From contig NC_092671.1 of NCBI RefSeq assembly GCF_964355755.1, forward strand, positions 25,928,070 through 25,992,069: a DNA stretch of 64,000 bases. Direction: 5' to 3'. Below the pieces are notes generated by a model. It made no database searches. It saw only the letters and a program-made list of their open reading frames with translations, and was not told the origin of the DNA. Origin of the DNA: Antedon mediterranea (Eukaryota; Animalia; Echinodermata). Both the position numbers and the translations under genes were made by a program. Numbering within the stretch: the first letter of the stretch is position 1; each line of letters starts with the position of its first letter. Positions 55,601 through 64,000 of the stretch are shown here, one piece after another.

Positions 55601-57484
55601 CTTAGAGCTCGACAGCTTACGTGGCTCCCGTGTGAGATCGAAGCCCTGGCAATCGCTGTCGCAGTTAAGCATTTTAGTCCATATGTTGTTCAATCTACTA
55701 AACGAGCTTGTGTTTTAACTGACAGTAAACCGTGCGTGCAGGCTTTTGAAAAGCTTTGCCGGGGTGAATTTTCCGTGAGCCCCAGAGTATCAACTTTCCT
55801 GTCCTCTGCTAGCCGATACCAGGTTTCCGTTCGACACCTAGCTGGTTCCGCGAATGTTCCCTCAGACTTTGCAAGCCGCAATGCTCCTGAATGCATTGAT
55901 GCCAATTGCCAGGTATGTTCCTTTGTTCAGCGCTCTGAGGAATCAGTTGTACTCAGAATCGCTTCACACGATTTCATCACAGGTCAATCCAAGTTGCCCT
56001 TCACAAGTAGGTCCGCATGGCTTTCACTACAATCTGAATGCCCTGATTTACGTAGGGTACACGCCCACTTAATCCAAGGTACGCGTCCTTCTAAAAAGGT
56101 TACCGATAAGAGAGATGTCAAGCGCTACCTCGCTGTCGCATCACTTAGCAAAGACAACCTTCTCGTGTCTCTCGTTCATGAGCCACTTGCTCCTCCACGA
56201 GAAAGAATTATTGTTCCACGCCCGTTTTTGCATGGCCTGCTTACTGCCTTACACATCCGATTAGACCACCCGACTTGTCACCAACTCAAACAAATGGCAC
56301 ATCGATATTTTTATGCCCTCGACATGGATAAATCGATCGAAGTCACCACCTCATCTTGCCACCAATGCGCCACCCTTCGCCGAATTCCTAAGGCCTCTAT
56401 CGATCAGTCTACTGGCGACCCACCGGAAACTGTGGGTGTTACGTTCGCTGCAGATGTCATGAAGCGCAATCGTCAATTCATTCTGATTGTGAGAGAAGCG
56501 GTAACGTCATTCACAGTCGCTTGTTTTCTTGACAACGAACAGCGTAACTCACTTCGTGACGCTCTTATCCGAATGTGCGTTGAGCTCCGTCCCCTTGATG
56601 GTCCCCACGCCATTATCCGTGCAGACGGGGCACCTGGATTCCAAGCACTTGTTAATGACTCATTACTCAAGCAGGAACGCATCTGTATTGAAATAGGCCG
56701 ACTTAAAAATGTTAATAAAAATCCAATTGCCGAGAAGGCTATTCAAGAACTGGAAGATGAGCTACTTCGTTTGGATCCTGACGCTGGTTTTATCTCGCCT
56801 ATTGCACTCGCTCGTGCAACCGCACAACTCAACTCACGCATTCGCTCCCGTGGTTTATCCGCTCGTGAGATGTGGACCCAGCGTGACCAGTTTTCCCACG
56901 AACAGATCCCACTCTCTGACCTCGAGCTTATCCGCGAACAGCACTCATCACGCACCTCTAATCACAAATACAGTCGAAGTTCAAAAGCTCCCACTCGTGA
57001 ACTTGCTCCTGCAACTCTTGTGGAGGTGGGTGATCTCGTATACCTGTATGCAGATCTTAACAAGTCTAACGCTCGTAAGAGATACCTTGTCGTATCTGTT
57101 GATGGTACATGGTGTTGCGTTCGCAAGTTCAGTGGAACCCAGTTACGAAACACATCGTACCGTGTTAAGCGATCCGAATGCTTTAAAGTTCCTAGCTCTA
57201 TACTTGCTCCTAGTACACTTACCTCACGAAAGTACCAGAGTGAGGGATCGGACAATGAGGATAATACATTTGGACCTACCGTGGTTGCCCCAGTTCAGCC
57301 TGTCATTCCTGTTGAGATATCTTCTCCGCTTGTCGACGGTGCCACAAACACCGTCCTTGAAGATGTTCATGATAATGATCCGGCCTACAACCAGATTCGT
57401 GATGAACCAACTTCTCAGTCTTGTTCAAGACCTCAACGCTCTCACCACCTACCAAACCGATTTGATGAATTTATTATGGACTAG
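52643..57484 (+). CDS. Gag-Pol polyprotein, 1613 aa (Gag with CCHC-like knuckle, aspartic protease, RT, RNase H, integrase)
   Basis: CPLCKQAGRKHDTHFLSGC; IDSGAT; DLTKAFYQIPL...MGMPGS...IADDL; VTDGS/EIEALA/LTDSK; HIRLDH...CHQC; AADV/RADG/IAEK. Order PR-RT-RH-IN. Confidence 0.95.
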   Translation: MANVNRAPKQWSLTKTETINSFESWRQNIIYTLSLDENFAPFLMEGTQWGPKTRASPLRLFEDDDDTVPRARRRTAQQKVHMLELMLGQIANFCPIISRSTIVKSSTSISQIWQAIRLHYGFQTTGGHFLDFATIHLEAGERPEDLYQRLLAFADDNLLRTGGGINHHGVAITEDEEMTPTVENFIVLTWLSLIHKDLPRLVKQRYGTDLRDRTLATIKPEISQAMDSLLDELRATEDTRAMRTFATPPTVNYQRASRTSRNTTSHIRRQLKSCPLCKQAGRKHDTHFLSGCIHLPEQDRKYMVRARQVIGIIEGIEETDVSDDASLADNQTEQAALRVQIRQSPYLDVFHNHHTARITIDSGATGNMISLAAATALSAEIRESSQSAHQADGSSPLKVVGETTITFSRDHIELLFDGLVVERLDVDILAGTPFMENNDIAIRPAKRQVVIGNTSSYTYGSKDTTKTPAIRRAQVLRAPSSLTTLWPGDFIELQIQEGVSTHDNELALEPRSYTHRPPTWPEYGTIHSIDGKIRIENNTSLPQVLKRNEHFCQIRPVFVPDDCNTNDHTCKPPVKTCSSPRPTQSTLHSLQIHLDPDRIIPPTIRQRFKSLNEEFDVVFDPHIKCYNGAAGPFQAVVNMGPVQPPQRKGRLPQYSRDKLVELQEKFDDLEKMGVFVRPEDAGIHVEYLNPSFLVKKDSGGFRLVTAFADVGRYAKPQPSLMPDVNSVLRHIARWKYIISTDLTKAFYQIPLSRESMKYCGVATPFRGIRVYARSAMGMPGSETALEELTRRVLGELLSEGVIAKIADDLYCGGDTLDELLCNWRRLLSELYRCGLSLSASKTFICPKTTTILGWTWSLGTLRANPHRISTLATCSPPKTVKGLRSFIGAYKVLARVIPNCASILTPLDDAVAGRQSQDKITWCDALCEDFQSAQKLLTTSQTITLPHPDDQLWIVTDGSVKRHGIGATLYIRRDDSLRISGFFSAKLRARQLTWLPCEIEALAIAVAVKHFSPYVVQSTKRACVLTDSKPCVQAFEKLCRGEFSVSPRVSTFLSSASRYQVSVRHLAGSANVPSDFASRNAPECIDANCQVCSFVQRSEESVVLRIASHDFITGQSKLPFTSRSAWLSLQSECPDLRRVHAHLIQGTRPSKKVTDKRDVKRYLAVASLSKDNLLVSLVHEPLAPPRERIIVPRPFLHGLLTALHIRLDHPTCHQLKQMAHRYFYALDMDKSIEVTTSSCHQCATLRRIPKASIDQSTGDPPETVGVTFAADVMKRNRQFILIVREAVTSFTVACFLDNEQRNSLRDALIRMCVELRPLDGPHAIIRADGAPGFQALVNDSLLKQERICIEIGRLKNVNKNPIAEKAIQELEDELLRLDPDAGFISPIALARATAQLNSRIRSRGLSAREMWTQRDQFSHEQIPLSDLELIREQHSSRTSNHKYSRSSKAPTRELAPATLVEVGDLVYLYADLNKSNARKRYLVVSVDGTWCCVRKFSGTQLRNTSYRVKRSECFKVPSSILAPSTLTSRKYQSEGSDNEDNTFGPTVVAPVQPVIPVEISSPLVDGATNTVLEDVHDNDPAYNQIRDEPTSQSCSRPQRSHHLPNRFDEFIMD

Positions 57485-57640
57485 TGGTTTTACGATCTTG
57501 CACGTTATTTTATTTTTTAACAAGTTTCACTCTGAATAACATGATTTTTTTTTTTGCTTTGATTTTGTGATGCCGGTTACCATATGTTTTGCTTTTCTCA
57601 TGTATTGCTTTAAAGGATATTGTTTAGATTAAAACTGATT

Positions 57641-57662
57641 AAGAAAGAAGAAGAAAGAAAAG
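57641..57662 (+). promoter_or_regulatory. Polypurine tract
   Basis: aagaaagaagaagaaagaaaag, 6 nt before the 3' LTR. Confidence 0.85.
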
Positions 57663-57668
57663 TAGTCA

Positions 57669-57830
57669 CGCCAGTGCGCCCTCATGGGCTGGAGTTGTTC
57701 GTGCGTTGTTGCTTTGATTTCCATGTTGTTGTATTGAGTTATTGACTGTTATTAAAATACATTATTCGCATTACATCGGTCTATGTGTGATCTGTAGAGT
57801 TGTGGCATATAAACATCAACCTTATTGGCG
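57669..57830 (+). repeat. 3' LTR
   Basis: Direct repeat of 52327-52488. Confidence 0.93.
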
Positions 57831-60490
57831 CAACTGTACACGCGGTGATTCAACTAAAAGCAGTAAAAAAGATTTTGGCACACAAGGCGTATCATATAAT
57901 TTGCGGACCATGACCGAAGCACTTCCGCTTCGATCTATTCGACGAAAATCAAAAAAGGATAACTATTTTCTGCTTTATACTTAATTTAATGTAATGGTGA
58001 TCTAATAACAGGCGTAACAACACATAATACATATTGTAGTTTAATACTGGCTTAAATATTTTTGTTTTATATAAACTGTATTCTAAAAAATGACAATTTA
58101 GAACTTAATTTTGCAATAGTACCTAATTTGGCGCCTTAAACGCCAAATTAAGTGCGGTACCTCATTTGGCAGTGGTACCTCATTTGGCGTGACACCCCTA
58201 CTGTTCTGTATCCCGTTTGTCTTAATTTCCAAGTAAAAATGAGGTACCACCACGTAACTCCTTATGATTAGGCCTATTATCATAGAAGAGTACTATACGG
58301 ACGTCGTACCTGGAAATCACGAGAATTCAGTGTTTGTTGACCTATCATTTTTTAAAGAGCCGTATCTGACCATTGCATTGCCCTGTCTGTAAAATTACAG
58401 CAGGCCTACTTTATATTATTGTGTTTTCCCTGTTTATCGATACCATGAAGGAAAACGTTTTTGTTCAATCAGAAAATTTTGCGAGATTTTTTTTAATGGA
58501 TATTATAAGTTATAGTTAGTCACCTGATTTTTGTGGCAAATCATTAATAGTTTTGACATTGTTAGGGTTAGGGACTATAAGACAGATTTTGGTTGCATGA
58601 TTGTGGAAAACCATCAATGTGGGTTTTTCTTCGTACAAGCTACAGCCAAAATATAATAGGGGTATATATTTTTTCAAAGTCATCGTCAAACGCTGAGAGT
58701 CAATACAGTATTTCAAACGCATTCTTTCACCTCTAATTGCTCACATTTAATTAATAATATACTGAAATAAATTCGAGAAAACATTAACTTATTGTGTTTT
58801 GTTTTATTTATTGATCGTTGTTTATCGTTTGTAAACCACAGAAAACCACACCTATAAAGAATAGAACATAAATTCACAAAATGCAACAAATTAATACAGT
58901 ATTTGCGAGTGCAATCATAAAACATTAATATTATAAGTACTTTATCGAAACATATACAAATAATTGTGCAGATAATAGCACGTTGATATAAAATTCTTTC
59001 TATTTACAAGGAATTCATTTAATATTTAAATTTCTTTCAAACGAAATGAAGAATCTGGGAAGTTTACAATCAAGCAACAACACCACATTCTACGTGAATT
59101 CTGCTGTACGTGAACTAGCCTTAATACCGCCTGATTACGGTATATAGGCCTACAGTATTAGCTTCAGAATAAATGACGACGCATTTGTTGTACCTTGATA
59201 GACAGAGCCCCAAGCAGACAGCCCACATTACAGATAATCTGCTCTGCAGCACAATACAACTGTACACGCGGTGATTCAACTAAAAGCAGTAAAAAAGATT
59301 TTGGCACACAAGGCGTATCATATAATTTGCGGACCATGACCGAAGCACTTCCGCTTCGATCTATTCGACGAAAATCAAAAAAGGATAACTATTTTCTGCT
59401 TTATACTTAATTTAATGTAATGGTGATCTAATAACAGGCGTAACAACACATAATACATATTGTAGTTTAATACTGGCTTAAATATTTTTGTTTTATATAA
59501 ACTGTATTCTAAAAAATGACAATTTAGAACTTAATTTTGCAATAGTACCTAATTTGGCGCCTTAAACGCCAAATTAAGTGCGGTACCTCATTTGGCAGTG
59601 GTACCTCATTTGGCGTGACACCCCTACTGTTCTGTATCCCGTTTGTCTTAATTTCCAAGTAAAAATGAGGTACCACCACGTAACTCCTTATGATTAGGCC
59701 TATTATCATAGAAGAGTACTATACGGACGTCGTACCTGGAAATCACGAGAATTCAGTGTTTGTTGACCTATCATTTTTTAAAGAGCCGTATCTGACCATT
59801 GCATTGCCCTGTCTGTAAAATTACAGCAGGCCTACTTTATATTATTGTGTTTTCCCTGTTTATCGATACCATGAAGGAAAACGTTTTTGTTCAATCAGAA
59901 AATTTTGCGAGATTTTTTTTAATGGATATTATAAGTTATAGTTAGTCACCTGATTTTTGTGGCAAATCATTAATAGTTTTGACATTGTTAGGGTTAGGGA
60001 CTATAAGACAGATTTTGGTTGCATGATTGTGGAAAACCATCAATGTGGGTTTTTCTTCGTACAAGCTACAGCCAAAATATAATAGGGGTATATATTTTTT
60101 CAAAGTCATCGTCAAACGCTGAGAGTCAATACAGTATTTCAAACGCATTCTTTCACCTCTAATTGCTCACATTTAATTAATAATATACTGAAATAAATTC
60201 CAGAAAACATTAACTTATTGTGTTTGTTTTATTTATTGATCGTTGTTTATCTTTGTAAACCACAAATATAAAGAATAAAACATAAATTCACAAAATGCAA
60301 CAAATTAATACAGTATTTGCGAGTGCAATCATGAAACATTAATATTATAAGTACTTTATCGAAACATATAAAAATAATTGTGCAGATAATAGCACGTTGA
60401 TATAAAATTCTTTCTATTTACAAGGAATTCATTTAATATTTAAATTTATTTCAAACGAGTTTTATCCGGAAGATTCGGTAATTGAGTTCT

Positions 60491-61316
<826 letters not shown>

Positions 61317-62407
61317 TTCTATACGTCCCCGCACTACGATTTTTTCAAACAGAATGTGTGATTGCTAAAGCCTTGTTGGAATTTAAGGTACAGGTGAATC
61401 ATTGAATTATCATATAATTTGCGGACCATGACCGAAGCACTTCCGCTTCGATCTATTCGACGAAAATAAAAAAAGGATAACTATTTTCTGCTTTATACTT
61501 AATTTAATGTAATGGTGATCTAATAACAGGCGTAACAACACATAATACATATTGTAGTTTAATACTGGCTTAAATATTTTTGTTTATATAAACTGTATTC
61601 TAAAAAATAGTTCTTTTCTAATGAAGAATCTGGGAAGTTTACAATCAAGCAACAACACCACATTCTACGTGAATTCTGCTGTACGTGAACTAGCCTTAAT
61701 ACCGCCTGATTACGGTATATAGGCCTACAGTAGTAGCTTCAGAATAAATGACGACGCATTTGTTTTACCTTGATAGACAGAGCCCCAAGCAGACAGCCCA
61801 CATTACAGATAATCTGCTCTGCAGCACAATACAACTGTACACGCGGTGATTCAACTAAAAGCAGTAAAAAGATTTTGGCACACAAGGCATATCATATAAT
61901 TTGCGGACCATGACCGAAGCACTTCCGCTTCGATCTATTCGACAAAAATAAAAAAAGGATAACTATTTTCTGCTTTATACTTAATTTAATGTAATGGTGA
62001 TCTAATAACAGGCGTAACAACACATAATACATATTGTAGTTTAATACTGGCTTAAATATTTTTGTTTTATATAAACTGTATTCTAAAAAATGACAATTTA
62101 GAACTTAATTTTGCAATAGTACCTAATTTGGCGCCTTAAACGCCAAATTAAGTGCGGTACCTCATTTGGCAGTGGTACCTCATTTGGCGTGACACCCCTA
62201 CTGTTCTGTATCTCGTTTGTCTTAATTTCCAAGTAAAAATGAGGTACCACCACGTAACTCCTTATAATTAGGCCTATTATCATAGAAGATAATTAGTTTA
62301 TCTTACAACGCTTTTAAAATCTTTTACAATTTCAGTTGGTTAATAACCAACACCTTATTGCGATGTGGAATGACATACATATACTGTAAGTGACGTATTT
62401 GTCTTTA

Positions 62408-63160
62408 CTCTGCATCACGCATAAATCTTTCGCCTTTTACTAAAGATTTCCGTGTAGAGGAACAACTATTGAGTTTTAACTCAATTTTTCTCAACCCTTG
62501 TTTTTTGAACGAGGGTAATTATGAAATGTTAATGTCAGAAATGTAATTATTATCAAGACAGGCTACGAGATATACATTTATATTCAAATGTGATTTTTAG
62601 AGTACACTTTATTTGGTCATATTGAAAGTACCCGTTTATGATGTGATTTTTTTTATTGAATTCATAGTCCTAACAAATTACTAATAATTAAATAATGATA
62701 ATTTAATTGTTTTCAACACACTATTGTACCGTATTTCATTGAACGGTGTGTTTAAGTAACTTCAAACGCGATTATCAACTTCAATAACTATTTCAAATAT
62801 GCCAATGAAGGCATGGTTTTTGTACTTTTTTTCAATGGTTAGTCAATATTTACGTTACTATTTTTTTAATATAATAGTTTAATTTATATTACGGGACTTT
62901 GGATTTGTGGTGTTAAAAACTCCAAAACAGAAACATTGTTTCTAACTTTTGTTAATAACACACACTATTTCAAACCTATTTATTTCGATAGGTAATTGTA
63001 TACATATACCGTTGTCGCATGTTTTTCTTTACTCTGGTTTCTCTGCATCACGCATAAATCTTTCGCCTTTTACTAAAGATTTCCGTGTAGAGGAACAAGT
63101 ATTGAGTTTCAACTCAATTTTTCTCAACCCTTGTACCTCTATAAGGGTAATTTATGAAAT
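62408..63160. repeat. Imperfect ~95-120 bp direct duplication in the flank (62408-62527 and 63041-63160)
   Basis: ctctgcatcacgcataaatctttcgcc...ctcaacccttgt is present twice with few mismatches. Confidence 0.85.
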
Positions 63161-63320
63161 TAAGAATAGAATAAATAAATATTTTTATTAAGTAGGCCTA
63201 TACAAAATATTTACTCGCATACAGCTCAGGAAAAGGTTGGTGATTTGACTAGAGTTCCACGTGAGGAGTACCTGTGGTGTAGGCTTAAGTACTCACTTTT
63301 TAACATTTTTTATATACCAG

Positions 63321-63465
63321 TAAAGCTTGGTTCCCACTTGCAACGTAATTGATTTGACCAATCATAAGCGATGGATTATTCGAACAGTAGCTTGTCATCA
63401 TTGATCAACTCGCTTGCGTTGCACGTACATCCTTGTGTTGCGTCTCTAGTGAGAACCACGCTTTA
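63321..63465. mobile_element. Small MITE-like element
   Basis: Terminal inverted repeats taaagcttggttcccact / agtgagaaccacgcttta (16/18 match), TA/TWA-type ends, non-coding interior. Confidence 0.65.
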
Positions 63466-64000
63466 GTGAAAGTTCTATCCTATACGTTGTATGCCTACAT
63501 ACTTTATTTTGGAATCATTGTAGAGGTCTAACATTAATATGCTGTAAATCAATGGCTCAATGTAAATTGTAAAACCTACCATCGGTCGGCATGACATCAA
63601 CTTTGTTTGATCTCCGCCAGAAAATCTTAAGAATTCGCTTTAACTTTCTAATTTTTGTAGAAAGTACTTGTCGAGCAGCAAAAGCAATACAGACTGTAAA
63701 TACATTAATGTTATTGTTGGTATGGTAGTGTGGCAACTCGTTGGTACGAGCAATGCATGTACGCACCACGCAAAAATTGCGCGACGCACATTAAATCTTA
63801 AGCACGCAACAACACGATCATCGGTGAAAACTTAAAATAATTGGGAATTTCAAGAAAGCTTTGCGATCGATACTAAATATCAAGAAAGAGAATAATACAT
63901 TGTTGCAATGGACTATTCAGTCGTAATTATTTTGTCATTTTGTTAAAACTCTGTCTTAAATTTTACGAAATGGCAGCAAAATTGTCACCTGGAAAAATTA

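Larger units (their letters stand above)
52327..57830 (+). mobile_element. Full-length Gypsy-order LTR retrotransposon with CG...CG termini and 3-bp TSD (Troyka-like)
   Basis: 162-bp LTRs that look identical, termini CGCCA...TGGCG. TSD caa (52324-52326 / 57831-57833) versus empty site atacaactgt. PBS, PPT and one intact gag-pol ORF. Confidence 0.95.
47199..60456. repeat. KLF-less derivative units (~1.43 kb, five units), interrupted by two SINE copies and an LTR element
   Basis: Junction aacga|aatgaagaatc at ~47198, 48942, 50685, 52111 and 59044 deletes the KLF gene and the proximal 202-bp repeat. Confidence 0.92.

Noticed and set aside
56709-57539. 276-aa alternative-frame ORF as an env-like gene
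   Set aside because: Lies almost entirely within the integrase frame and has no convincing signal peptide, fusion or transmembrane pattern. The other small ORFs inside pol are treated likewise.

Overview
Eukaryotic (animal, probably invertebrate) genomic DNA. Positions 1-62289 are one head-to-tail macrosatellite whose full unit (~2.59 kb) carries an intronless Kruppel-like factor gene of the KLF1/2/4 clade on the minus strand. It encodes 275 aa from the first ATG, with an LLDLDFIL motif, IKQEP and three C-terminal C2H2 fingers. I count 20 KLF copies: 14 intact and nearly identical, 6 deleted, chimeric or frameshifted. The array is stratified: mixed and deleted units (1-15 kb), exact 2590-bp units (15-24 kb), a rearranged zone (24-29 kb), a ~5.86-kb higher-order dimer in which every copy has the same 5'-truncated L2/CR1-type LINE ~200 bp upstream of the ATG (29-46 kb), ~1.43-kb units that lost the gene (47-60 kb), and a diverged frameshifted terminal copy. 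The gene-less zone holds two tRNA-SINE copies and one intact 5.5-kb LTR retrotransposon with non-canonical CG...CG termini, a 3-bp TSD and an IADD RT motif. Unique flank starts at 62290 and contains a small MITE and a short duplication. The array runs off the left edge of the window. Species, expression and true copy number cannot be determined from sequence alone.
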